This document shows, one piece after another, positions 1 through 9,411 of a DNA stretch of 64,000 nt (position 1 is the stretch's first letter; each line of letters begins with the position of its first letter). Location: the IMG/VR virus record IMGVR_UViG_3300021400_001623, positions 1-64,000 of that record; one strand, given 5' to 3'. Made by a program: the position numbers and the translations under genes. Origin of the DNA: a virus (Duplodnaviria; Caudoviricetes). Below the pieces are notes generated by a model. That model saw only the letters and a program-made list of their open reading frames with translations, made no database searches and was not told where the DNA came from.

Positions 1-69
1 ATTGTAATAACGGTTCTCCAGTTCGCAGATACGAGTATTCTCGTACTCAGTTTTCGTAATCATCAGCAT
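1..69 (-). CDS. Hypothetical protein, 5' part only (runs off window edge)
   Basis: Minus-strand ATG at 69 preceded by AAAGGAGG; open frame MLMITKTEYENTRICELENRYYN to position 1. Confidence 0.5.
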   Translation of the reverse strand, partial: MLMITKTEYENTRICELENRYYN

Positions 70-255
70 CGCAGCTCCCTCCTTTTCCACAATACTTCAG
101 ACGCATTAACGGTCTTGCTCCAACGTTCGCCGGACGTAAATACGCTCCGCACCTTAAACGCTGTTACTAAAAATCAAGCGCGCACTAAACAGTACGCACC
201 TCATTTTGGGTAACAGCAGGGGCAGGCTTACGCCCGCCCCGCTATCTGATATAAC

Positions 256-1026
256 TTACGCTTCTTCTTTGACCGTGACCGCTTCGAGGTCGTAGCCGTA
301 GCCGTTGACCGCCTTCGCCATAATATCGGTCACGATGCTCCAGATGACCTCACCAGTGATAGCACTCATCACGCACGCCTTAGTGCGACCCTTGCCCTTG
401 CCCTTGTAGCCAGACTTCTTCTTCGTCAGCACGCTCCGTGCGAACTCGAAGTCCGCAGGCTCCGCTTCGAATCCTTCGTGAATTGCGTTCATGCAGTTTC
501 CGAGCAGAACGGTCAGGTTGGTGCTTTCGGTGAAATCGACCTTCTCGATTTCCTTCGTGGTTTCCCACGTCAGCGCATCGGTGACCGCCAGCGACTTGTG
601 GATGTAGTCGCTGAACAGATATGCCGCCGCTTCGATCAGATTGTCCGCCTTGACGTCAGCGAACACATGCTTGCCCTTCTTCGTCACTGCAAACGCATCG
701 AACTCGGGCAGATTGACCATTACATCCTTTTCGCGCAGGACGATGGTGGTCTCTTTGGTGTCACGGTTGGTCTGCTTCTTCGTAGCAATCTGGGTAATGT
801 CACGCTGAGTCAGAGCGGTCAGAATCGGGTCTTCAGCCTTGAGCCACTTTGCGAACTCCTCATGACGCAGAGCGGTGTTATAGACCTTGATGGACTCGTC
901 TACTGCTTTCTGTGCCTTGGTCAGTTCTTCTTCTGTGTGCTTCGCTTTCCGCACCTTGTTCAGTGTTTCCAGAGCATCCTCGACGCTCTTCATTAACGTC
1001 TCCAGTGTTACCTTTTTCTTAGCCAT
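256..1026 (-). CDS. Hypothetical phage protein (256 aa, start re-assigned to MAKKKVT)
   Basis: ORF track 256..1137; GAAAGGAGAAAACC-ATG at 1026 is the SD-supported start; no recognisable motif. Confidence 0.8.
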   Translation of the reverse strand: MAKKKVTLETLMKSVEDALETLNKVRKAKHTEEELTKAQKAVDESIKVYNTALRHEEFAKWLKAEDPILTALTQRDITQIATKKQTNRDTKETTIVLREKDVMVNLPEFDAFAVTKKGKHVFADVKADNLIEAAAYLFSDYIHKSLAVTDALTWETTKEIEKVDFTESTNLTVLLGNCMNAIHEGFEAEPADFEFARSVLTKKKSGYKGKGKGRTKACVMSAITGEVIWSIVTDIMAKAVNGYGYDLEAVTVKEEA

Positions 1027-1140
1027 GGTTTTCTCCTTTCGTTTATAGAACATTACATTCAAACGCAAGGACGACCACGCCCGCAGGGACGTGACCGTCC
1101 CTGACACCTTAAAAGGTGGTACATTTAATTGCACCACCTT

Positions 1141-1267
1141 TCACCTTATAGGACACGAGAAATTGAATTTGTACACCAATAATTGAAATCATCCTGTGAT
1201 TTTTATTGGTGTGATTCAATTTATCCTGTCACCTTATAGGACACGAAAAATTGAATTTGTACACCAA
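1141..1267. repeat. Two 39-bp direct repeats flanking an inverted partial copy
   Basis: TCACCTTATAGGACACGA(G/A)AAATTGAATTTGTACACCAA at 1141-1179 and 1229-1267 (1 mismatch); TTGGTGTGATTCAATTT at 1206-1222 resembles the reverse complement of the repeat 3' half. Confidence 0.9.
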
Positions 1268-1272
1268 AAACG

Positions 1273-1304
1273 AAAAAAAAAAAGACGGTCAATAATGACC
1301 GTCT
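1273..1304 (-). terminator. Intrinsic terminator downstream of 1323..2567
   Basis: Stem AGACGGTCA/TGACCGTCT (1283-1304) followed on the minus strand by an 11-T run. Confidence 0.85.
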
Positions 1305-1322
1305 ATTGATTGATGATATTGG

Positions 1323-2567
1323 TTAAAATGTCATAACTTCGCGTCCTGTAATGGGGTCAATGTATACGCTATAATTTGCCGTATTGGTATCATGTACCGA
1401 CTGTGTTTTGATTGCGTGTCCTGCCTTGAATATACTACCTTTGCACTCGATTGCTTTCGGCGTATATTCGTTGATGCTATACGTTACAACGTCGGCGGTC
1501 TCAATTTCGGCGGTTGTATATGTACTTTCCCATTTTGCGAGCTTTTCAGCAATTTCGGTTTCCGTGTAGTCACGTTTCCGCAATAACTTCTCTGCCCGCT
1601 TCATCTGTCCGGCAATGTATGTTTTGCGGTTGACGTTTGGTGTTGTGCAATTATACGGTCGTACGGTCCGCAATGTATTGGTTGCAATATTAGATGTATA
1701 ACCGCTTTCCCTGTCTGCGACTATTTCCACCAACAAGTCATGGTATTTTCCGATTGCCTTTGCAATGCGATTAACCGCTTTATAGTACGACGTACGACTT
1801 GACCATTTCATTGCAGCGCAGATTTCAGTAACCGTCATTTCTGAGTACATGATATATTCTAATACCTGCCCGTCGACCGTACCGACAAGGTTGCTTAATT
1901 GTAGTCTGATTTCCCTTGCGTCCTGTGTATCATCATAACATTCTGCGACAGGTTCAAGCGGTCTGCCGTCTGCGTCCGTTGGTGCGCTTGTCAGATAGTC
2001 TGCGTTGGTGCGTCTGATTTCCCTATGTGCAATGCGGTACATCATACGCAGATAGTCATGTGTGACGTCGTTACCATTGGCAAGGTGATATACTGTGATT
2101 GTGTCTGCGTCTGCGTCGATGTATACGCAGTTATTAACCTCTGCGACCGCTACACAAATTGCGCTTGTCAGGTCGCTATGTAATTCTGTGTTTATCCAAG
2201 GTATATAGGTCTCTGTCCCTGTCTGCGACCACTTGAAGACCATAGCCTTGTGTGCAATACGCTGTGCAATATTGATGATGCGGTTAGTGGTTGCGTCGGT
2301 TGTGTTGTTCAGACGTTCTGCGAGATACTCGAAATAGTCTGCCTTGACTCTGAAATCTACCCATTGCGGTACGTCGTTCTGTATTGCGTCGGCGGTTGTG
2401 CGCTGAATTGCGGTTATTTCGTCGGCGGTCAATACTGGGGCGGTTGCGGTTGCGGTTGCGGTTGTTGTGTTACTCTTAAATGCGTTGTACTTGGCCATTG
2501 CTTTCCCTTCCTTTCCTGTGTTGTTGGTGTTGGTTGTTGCGGTTGTTGTGTGATTGAATTTTGCCAT
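1323..2567 (-). CDS. Putative sigma-factor-like / HTH DNA-binding protein
   Basis: 414-aa ORF with SD AAAGGAAGG; segment GQVLEYIMYSEMTVTEICAAMKWSSRTSYYKAVNRIAKAI resembles a sigma region-4 HTH; product is inference. Confidence 0.55.
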   Translation of the reverse strand: MAKFNHTTTATTNTNNTGKEGKAMAKYNAFKSNTTTATATATAPVLTADEITAIQRTTADAIQNDVPQWVDFRVKADYFEYLAERLNNTTDATTNRIINIAQRIAHKAMVFKWSQTGTETYIPWINTELHSDLTSAICVAVAEVNNCVYIDADADTITVYHLANGNDVTHDYLRMMYRIAHREIRRTNADYLTSAPTDADGRPLEPVAECYDDTQDAREIRLQLSNLVGTVDGQVLEYIMYSEMTVTEICAAMKWSSRTSYYKAVNRIAKAIGKYHDLLVEIVADRESGYTSNIATNTLRTVRPYNCTTPNVNRKTYIAGQMKRAEKLLRKRDYTETEIAEKLAKWESTYTTAEIETADVVTYSINEYTPKAIECKGSIFKAGHAIKTQSVHDTNTANYSVYIDPITGREVMTF

Positions 2568-2640
2568 TGTGATACCTTCCTTTCTGAATCAATGGTTTAA
2601 GTGTATATAATGTAGTGAAAAGTGTTTTTTCACTGTGTCC

Positions 2641-2668
2641 ATTATATCAAATAGGGGAGTATATACAA
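2641..2668 (-). promoter_or_regulatory. Sigma-A-like promoter for the minus-strand genes
   Basis: Minus strand TTGTAT-N16-TATAAT with extended -10 TG (TGATATAAT); tandem CAAGCCTTTT x2 at 2666-2685 overlaps the -35. Confidence 0.55.
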
Positions 2669-3109
2669 GCCTTTTCAAGCCTTTTTTCTGTGTCGGGGAG
2701 TGCCTTTTTTTAATATCCCTATTTTGCAACGGTCTGGCCGTATGATTTCAGTTTGTTCTAATTCAGAAAGTTAAAATTGCCGGGTATTTTTTGATACCAT
2801 GTGCTCCCAGGCAGACAGGAACGTATAATGTCGGTTCCAAAATTTAATACTCCCAAATTTGAGCCTCGAAAACCAGTGTTTCCAATCGATTCGGCGTTTC
2901 GGCCGTCCACGTCGCGATCTATACAGAATGTTGCCTACGCAACGTTTTCTGACAACTTTGGCGCTGATCCGCTTAAAACCTCCGCGCTGTACGCAGATCT
3001 AAAAACCTACATTATATATAGCTCTTATTTTCGCCTTAGATCTTTCCACGAATTTGTACAAAAAAGTTAAAATTCGCCGTTAAAACGTCGCCATTTCGTA
3101 ACCACACCA

Positions 3110-3118
3110 TGTTATAAT
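3110..3118 (+). promoter_or_regulatory. Extended -10 promoter upstream of recombinase
   Basis: TGTTATAAT about 40 nt upstream of ATG 3160; no clear -35. Confidence 0.45.
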
Positions 3119-3159
3119 AGTCGCGTAATCAAAAGTAATTACATTTAAGGGGGTATATT

Positions 3160-3912
3160 ATGTATAGAACTAACCTTGCCGAGCAGCTTCGGCACACTGA
3201 CAACGTGATTCCGTTCACGATTGTAGAGCGCGAAGAGCCAGAGCAGCGCCGCTCCACATCGATTTACAAATCAAACGGCGTCCTGAAGCCCACTGCCGCT
3301 GATCCAATCCGATCCATCGCAGACATTCATGCGATCCAGCAGTACTTTCTAGACCACGACCAGATCCGTAACTACACGCTATTCACTATCGGCATCATGT
3401 TTGGACTGCGTGCAGGAGATCTGCTAGATCTTCGCATCCATCACTTTTTCTTGCCGGATGGCCGCTTCAAGACACATTGCGACTTAATCGAATCCAAAAC
3501 CCGCAAATTCAATAACCCGGCAATTACACCACAGATCCAGCAACTCATAACCAACTATTTAAAGACGCGCACCGACGACTACACGCTTGACAGCCCGCTG
3601 TTCATTTCGCGCAATAAAGATCGTAAAACCGGGCAGCCAAAACCGATCACGATCGCCATGCTCAACACCACACTAAAAAAAGCCGCTGCAGCCTGCAACG
3701 TGCCCGGCCACATTAGCTCCCACTCGCTCCGCAAAACATTTGCCTACCATATGATCAAGTCCAACCCGGACTCTGACAGCGCAAAATTTGCGGTCCAGAC
3801 CATGTTGAACCACGCCGACTTTAAAACCACCCTTTCCTACTGCGGCATTACTCAGGAAGAGGTCGACAGCTTCCGCGTGGGCCTTGGCAGCTATTTCGTG
3901 GAGGCGCGCTAA
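3160..3912 (+). CDS. Small tyrosine recombinase (phage integrase family catalytic domain)
   Basis: Catalytic R-H-R-H-Y motifs: GLRAGDL, SHSLRKTF, MLNH, TLSY. Confidence 0.9.
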   Translation: MYRTNLAEQLRHTDNVIPFTIVEREEPEQRRSTSIYKSNGVLKPTAADPIRSIADIHAIQQYFLDHDQIRNYTLFTIGIMFGLRAGDLLDLRIHHFFLPDGRFKTHCDLIESKTRKFNNPAITPQIQQLITNYLKTRTDDYTLDSPLFISRNKDRKTGQPKPITIAMLNTTLKKAAAACNVPGHISSHSLRKTFAYHMIKSNPDSDSAKFAVQTMLNHADFKTTLSYCGITQEEVDSFRVGLGSYFVEAR

Positions 3913-4259
3913 TGGACCAGCTAATTAACTTAAACACGACATATTGGGCGCGCATCAAGGCGCCAAACGGTTATCCTACCTATCTCGCGCTATGGGTAGA
4001 CCGCGTGAGCCGCTCCATGGCGGATCGATATCCGATACTGCACACAACAACGACCAATGGGCGCAGCGAATCCTTCTATTATAAAGGTTATGTGCCGCCG
4101 CAAGATATGCCGCGCGACCTGCAATTAGTTGGGTGTATTGTGTTGGATCTTGAGCCGTTAGACATTCACCGCGGCATTGCGGCCGGCGCTGAAATGCCCA
4201 GCCCCGCTGCTTGCTGTCCCGCCATTGACCCCGCCGCGCTTTATGATTTTTTATCTTAA
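3912..4259 (+). CDS. Hypothetical protein
   Basis: 115-aa ORF overlapping the stop codon of the recombinase (TAATG coupling). Confidence 0.7.
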   Translation: MDQLINLNTTYWARIKAPNGYPTYLALWVDRVSRSMADRYPILHTTTTNGRSESFYYKGYVPPQDMPRDLQLVGCIVLDLEPLDIHRGIAAGAEMPSPAACCPAIDPAALYDFLS

Positions 4260-4296
4260 ATCTTTAATAACCCATTTAAATTATTCCTGAACTAAT

Positions 4297-4375
4297 CATG
4301 CGCGTAGCGCATGCTGCGGGCTTTAATGCCCGCACCTGCCGCGCAAGCGGCGTCCTGAGTGTGGCGCAGCCACAC
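4297..4375. repeat. Cluster of four GC-rich hairpins
   Basis: CATGCGC-GTA-GCGCATG, TGCGGGC-TTTAAT-GCCCGCA, GCCGC-GCAA-GCGGC, GTGTGGC-GCA-GCCACAC in an AT-rich intergenic region. Confidence 0.85.
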
Positions 4376-4403
4376 GAAGTAAATATAGAAAGGAGATGAT
4401 TTT

Positions 4404-4628
4404 ATGTGCGATGAACAGGAACGCATCATTGAAGGCACATTGATATACACCGACCCCAAAACCGGCAAGAGATATATGTCTATAAAACCACATTATTACA
4501 GCAGCAATGCCGCGCAGATCATATTATATTTCAACTTAGATGAAAGCAAATATATTACAGGTACGATCACAGAAGAGCCAGACGTTATTGAACTTGACCC
4601 ACTTGAATTGGAGGAATTTCTTAAATGA
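4404..4628 (+). CDS. Hypothetical protein
   Basis: 74-aa ORF with SD GAAAGGAG. Confidence 0.75.
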   Translation: MCDEQERIIEGTLIYTDPKTGKRYMSIKPHYYSSNAAQIILYFNLDESKYITGTITEEPDVIELDPLELEEFLK

Positions 4629-4894
4629 AAAATATTACAATCGGTATCCCGCCTTACTTTTGTCCAAAGTGCGGACAGTTCCGTACCGCGCCGCAAACTG
4701 AGCGCAGTTATACTATTTGCGATTCATATGGATACAGGCCGGATCCTAAACTAGCTACCAAAATTGAGGGGGTCGTACGCACCTGTTTATTATGTGGCAC
4801 AAAAGTACATGATACAGATAATTTAGTTTTTGATTTACTGCGGCGAAATATTATACAAAATTATGGCGTACAACCTTATATTGACCCCACTTAA
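4625..4894 (+). CDS. Zn-ribbon protein
   Basis: CPKCG ... CLLCG motifs; ATGA overlap with previous gene. Confidence 0.75.
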   Translation: MKNITIGIPPYFCPKCGQFRTAPQTERSYTICDSYGYRPDPKLATKIEGVVRTCLLCGTKVHDTDNLVFDLLRRNIIQNYGVQPYIDPT

Positions 4895-5039
4895 TCATTA
4901 TACGACCCCGTAGCGCGCCGTAGAGCGATCACTCCCGGATTTTTATAGTAAAGTCAAATAACTAATCAAAATAAGTGAAATTATCTTTAAATCGCGTTCT
5001 ACGCTTAATTATAAAAATAATATCTATAAAGGAGAGAAA

Positions 5040-5270
5040 ATGTATTATACGACAGGCACAACAACCAGAGAGTCGTGGACATCATGGGCCAGTAATTATA
5101 TCTACAATCAAACGGCTGTTAATACAGAAGACCCGGTGGTTTATGTGACATATCCAACATATGAAGATGAATTTTCTAAGATGCGAAATACTCAATTGAG
5201 ATGGATGTCTCAGCAAAGTAAAGAAATACAGCCTAATATTAACCACGATGAATTAATGGAGTTTTTATAA
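5040..5270 (+). CDS. Hypothetical protein
   Basis: 76-aa ORF with SD AAAGGAG. Confidence 0.7.
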   Translation: MYYTTGTTTRESWTSWASNYIYNQTAVNTEDPVVYVTYPTYEDEFSKMRNTQLRWMSQQSKEIQPNINHDELMEFL

Positions 5271-5321
5271 GTTTATAGTGCGCATCTTAATAACTGAAAT
5301 AAATAAAAACAAAATAAAGAA

Positions 5322-5381
5322 ATGCGCCGCAAGGCGCATAAGCGACGACTGGCTGGGCGGCAGCCCACCGCCAGTCAGTCG
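5322..5381. repeat. Second GC-rich hairpin cluster
   Basis: ATGCGCC-GCAA-GGCGCAT and GACTGGC-TGGGC-GGCA-GCCCA-CC-GCCAGTC. Confidence 0.8.
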
Positions 5382-5403
5382 GAGCGCTTTATTTAAATCT
5401 AAT

Positions 5404-5451
5404 AATAATTATTTATATATAGAGTTTTATTACTCTATATAAATAATTATT
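5404..5451. repeat. Long AT-rich inverted repeat
   Basis: AATAATTATTTATATATAGAGT / ACTCTATATAAATAATTATT, near-perfect with a 2-nt bulge. Confidence 0.8.
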
Positions 5452-5484
5452 AATATTAATTTGTTCTTTGAATGGTTAATTTAC

Positions 5485-5675
5485 TTAACGTTTCGAAGAA
5501 CGGGATGTTGAGCAAATTAACACTTTGAAGAACAGGATGTTGAGTAAATTAACACTTTGAAGAACGGAGGGTTCATGAAAGCGTAAGTTGGGTTGAGTAA
5601 ATTAACGTTTTGAAGAACGGTGATTTTAAGCCAGGTTCATGAGAGCGTTAAATAAATTAACACTTTGAAGAACGG
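5485..5675 (+). repeat. Five 19-bp iteron-like direct repeats (candidate replication origin)
   Basis: TTAAC(A/G)(C/T)TT(T/C)GAAGAAC(G/A)G at 5485, 5517, 5549, 5602, 5657; spacings 32, 32, 53, 55 bp. Confidence 0.9.
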
Positions 5676-5690
5676 GAAAGGAGTGATGCA

Positions 5691-6827
5691 TTGTATAAAT
5701 TTTCTATCAGGAGCCACTTTGTGAAAGATGTAGATCCGCTTCATGATACTACGCTATCGTATCAATATGAGCCGGATCTCGACCCTGAAATTATAGAGGG
5801 GCGACTTTTAATGACTGTATTTCTATATACTCATAAAACGCCACTACATACCGTAACAACCAATATCCATCAGTTATTATCATTCTGTCATATGAAATAT
5901 GGGATAACACATTGGAAAGGAAGCGCCGGGATAAGGATACTTCAAAAGGGTTTAGACTGGTTAAGTGAAAATGGTTATGTTGTATTTATATATGAAGGCG
6001 ATGAATGTTTGGAGCAGCGGCGTTATCGTGATGTCATAGAGTGGCGCGTTGATCCTTCGCTGTTTGATATGTCGCTTGAGAATAAATGTTTTGACCCATT
6101 CATACAGATGTATGAACGAGATGTTACAGCTTTATTTGAATCAGATGTGCCGCATTTAGAGAAGGTGCTGCGGATATACTGTTATATACGGGCGTGCTTA
6201 AAAAGTAAGTCGCCGTTTGTGAGTATGGTTGCCGCGCGGGATATAGTGGATGGAACCGGATATTCTGCAGGATATATCAGCAAGGTCACGCGTTTTCTAT
6301 GTGACGAACTTGGCGTATTGCATAGGGTGGCGCTTAACCGGACGTCGGAACAATATCCCCCATATATGTATATCGCCAACATTCCTAATTGGGAGCAGTA
6401 TCTCAAGGAAGAATCCGCGGCGATCAATGACAGTCGTGGTGGTGTTCCGGTTAAACAGCGGACTGATCCGGCTCCAGCGCCAGCATCACCGCCTGAACCA
6501 CCCGCTACACAACAGTCATCAGTTATAGATCAACAACCAGACCCGCCATCTAAGCCGCCATTTATTAGTGAGGGCGATCCAATACTTGTATTAAGCCAGG
6601 ATATTTCCAACCCGGATGACCTTATGACCGCGTTTAAGTATGTATGGATGAATGGGCTTACACTTGAGTTATCGGATTATAAGCGGGAGAAGCTCACTGA
6701 TGAAATCAATCAGAATATGAAGGATTTAGCAATCAGTTTTGGTATAGACCCGGCGCGGTTAGACGATAAAGTCAAGGAACAGATAAAAAATGTTGTATTA
6801 GCAAGGAGGAATTTAGGGATCAATTAG
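5691..6827 (+). CDS. Putative replication initiator / winged-HTH protein
   Basis: TTG start after AAAGGAG; HTH-like ARDIVDGTGYSAGYISKVTRFLCDELG; Pro-rich linker; lies directly downstream of iterons (function is inference). Confidence 0.55.
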   Translation: MYKFSIRSHFVKDVDPLHDTTLSYQYEPDLDPEIIEGRLLMTVFLYTHKTPLHTVTTNIHQLLSFCHMKYGITHWKGSAGIRILQKGLDWLSENGYVVFIYEGDECLEQRRYRDVIEWRVDPSLFDMSLENKCFDPFIQMYERDVTALFESDVPHLEKVLRIYCYIRACLKSKSPFVSMVAARDIVDGTGYSAGYISKVTRFLCDELGVLHRVALNRTSEQYPPYMYIANIPNWEQYLKEESAAINDSRGGVPVKQRTDPAPAPASPPEPPATQQSSVIDQQPDPPSKPPFISEGDPILVLSQDISNPDDLMTAFKYVWMNGLTLELSDYKREKLTDEINQNMKDLAISFGIDPARLDDKVKEQIKNVVLARRNLGIN

Positions 6828-7058
6828 ATGGATAACTACATAAATGAATACTGCGCGGGCTGCTTCTGGGCGGACCTGTGCAGTGCAGCCGACATGGAGA
6901 AGGCGCTCAATGAAGGCTGCGATCATCTTGATACTGGCACTATGGATGCCAGCTTAGAAGAATTAATGCAGTGGCGCGATGAGCTTGTGGATTTTCAAGG
7001 GGAATGGCAGGAATATATAGAATGCCGTGAAGATCCGCAGGAAAACGCAATGTACTAA
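6828..7058 (+). CDS. Small acidic Cys-containing hypothetical protein
   Basis: 76-aa ORF abutting upstream stop; CAGC..C motif. Confidence 0.65.
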   Translation: MDNYINEYCAGCFWADLCSAADMEKALNEGCDHLDTGTMDASLEELMQWRDELVDFQGEWQEYIECREDPQENAMY

Positions 7059-7079
7059 GGATTAGAGAAAAGAGGTTAT

Positions 7080-7337
7080 ATGAACAAAGAAACTTTCGTT
7101 ATTGTCATGCGCGCGGTTCATGACGCGCTATTTAAGTTACATACTCCAAACGAAAAAGATGAAGTTGAAATCTTAAATCATTTTATCAATACTTACATAT
7201 CCATGATCGCCGGGTTTCATCAATACTTATATGAGAGCCTGCGAGTGTTTCTGCTCTCACATCAAGATGCAACAGATGAGGATTTTGAAGAGTTATACGA
7301 TGCGCTAACTATTATGCCGGAGCGCGATGATCAGTAG
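7080..7337 (+). CDS. Hypothetical protein
   Basis: 85-aa ORF with SD AAGAGG. Confidence 0.65.
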   Translation: MNKETFVIVMRAVHDALFKLHTPNEKDEVEILNHFINTYISMIAGFHQYLYESLRVFLLSHQDATDEDFEELYDALTIMPERDDQ

Positions 7338-7348
7338 GTGGTGATCGT

Positions 7349-9411
7349 ATAGCTTTAGATAAACAAATTCATATGTACAGTGTTGACACCACCGCCTTTC
7401 TTACGCGCAAGGAATATAAGCTGAATTATAAGAAGCAAGAGCTTGAACGCGAGAAGGAACGTATCGACGAGCTTATTGAGCATCTAAAGATTGAAGTCGG
7501 CGGCATTGTGCACGATCAAGACCTGGCCCATCAGATACGGGAGCATATTGGCTATATGGAACTGTTCTTTTATGAGAATGGTGGATGCTTCACTGTCGGG
7601 CAGATCGACAAGCTGCTTCGGCTTAATGAGCGCTATAATATGCTTTGTCATTATAAGCAGCTCAAGAATGAGAAAATCAAAGATGTAAAAGAACGAATTC
7701 ACGACTTGCTTAACCTCGCTATTGAGAAAAATGAGTGGCGGCAGCATAAGGTGCTTCGCCAGCTCCGGCAGAGTGCACTGGTTGAGAAGAATGTGATCTC
7801 TAATTTTGAGTCAACCTTGACTCGTATTCTTGGCATTGAAACTAATACACTCACCATGGATCTAATCACGGTTGAAGTATTCTATGAGGAGTGTGCGCAG
7901 CAGCTTATCAATGATGGCTTCTTATATAACGGCGAAAAATATGTGTTCTTTGCCGCTTCAGCCGGGCAGATACGCACTAAGCGGACGGTGTTCATTAAAG
8001 AATCCGTACTACGGGAACATGAAGATACGCTGACCTGTGGTCTGTCAATTGACGAGATTAACGCATGCGGCGGCATTAATGTAAATAAATACTTGGCTTA
8101 CTATTCTCTTAGTAGCAGTGCTACTGACTGGTGGGAGGATTTTGACATTGATCGCTGCATAGTGGTACCGGACTTTGCATCTACAGTGCATGGTCTTGTG
8201 GATCACGTTGATGATGTGACGTATACCGTAGAGCGTAAGGCAATGGATATCGAGATTGAGCATACGGATGGTTGTGGGATGATGCTGCCGTCCGTAAGTC
8301 AGCACAACTTTATGATTCGCATGCCGTGGGTTAAAGGGTTGCTTGCAGTGTTTGACTTCCGCCGCTTCATTAATGAGCATGGATGCGAGCCAGTCATTAC
8401 TGATGTTTGGGGTTTGGAACACAATATTATTGATGAAGATATACAGGTAATACTGACCAAGAGTCAAATGAAGATGAGTAAGTATTACCCAAGCTGGCAA
8501 GCCTATAAGGATAATTTTAAGAAGTATCATTGTCAGGCCGGGCGATGCAAAGAGGAAGAAGATTACATACCAGACGCGCAGATCAATTACCAGATGCTTC
8601 AAACCTTAACTGATATCAAGCCGGAGGAACTTGAAAGAATAGCCGGGCCAGCAATTCAGCGCATTGATGATGCAACAAAGAGTATTGCTGGGATGCTTGA
8701 TATCATGCGGGCCACAAAGGATAATCATCATAAGTCGCCGCTTGAAGAAGCACTTTATCTATGTCCTGAGTTGCTTACCGATAATCATTGCAAGGAGACG
8801 ATCACCGAGATCAAGCGCAAAATGGTGAATGAGTATCGTGCGGGCAAATTACCTGTAAACGGTAAATACACATTTGTTGTTCCGGATCTTTACGCCGCTT
8901 GTGAACATTGGTTCTTACATGAAGAACATCCGCGTGGATTATTGGATGACGGTGAGGTATTCTGCGCGCTCTACCCTACTGCTCGTAAACTTGATTGTTT
9001 GCGTGCCCCGCACCTGTATCGGGAGCATGCTGTTAGGCGTAATGTGATTGATAATATGACGGCAGATTGGTTCAGCACCGGGGCATTATATATTAGTTGC
9101 CATGATTTAATCAGTCGTATTGTGCAATGTGATTGGGACGGAGATACGCTTTTAGTAGTAAATGATAAGACTTTGATTAAAGTGGCCGAGCGTAATATGC
9201 AAGGTGTGGTACCGTTATATTATGAGATGAAAAAGGCCGAACCGGATATAATTGATCGCAGCAAGTTCTATGAAGGTATGAAGCTGGCATGGGCTGGTGG
9301 CAAGATTGGAGAGCCAAGTAACAATATAACTAAGATTTGGAACGAGGATGAAATTGGAGAAGACGAAGAGTTGGCGGTTAAGCTTCTATGCATGGAGGTC
9401 AACTTTACGAT
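7349..9411 (+). CDS. yonO: YonO-like single-subunit DNA-dependent RNA polymerase, exon 1
   Basis: ORF track 7373..9430; motifs DGCGM, FMIRMPWVKG, CLRAPHL and catalytic CDWDGD; SPbeta-like position; SD AGGTGGTG points to an in-frame ATA start at 7349. Confidence 0.85.

Noticed and set aside
478-996. Long shadow ORFs, e.g. 478..996 (+), 19704..20393 (-), 20631..21155 (-), 50528..52558 (-)
   Set aside because: Antisense to well-supported genes, with no SD or motifs; explained by codon bias or repeats of the real gene.
1141-1267. Phage mini-CRISPR array (two repeats, one spacer)
   Set aside because: The intervening 49 nt contains an inverted copy of part of the repeat, and the repeat lacks recognisable CRISPR terminal motifs.
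2801-3070. 89-aa ORF in the divergent intergenic region
   Set aside because: GTG start without SD and no recognisable motif.
5485-5675. CRISPR array
   Set aside because: Repeats are only 19 bp, spacers are unequal (13, 13, 34, 36 nt) and share sequence with each other, and no cas genes are present; phasing and position fit iterons.
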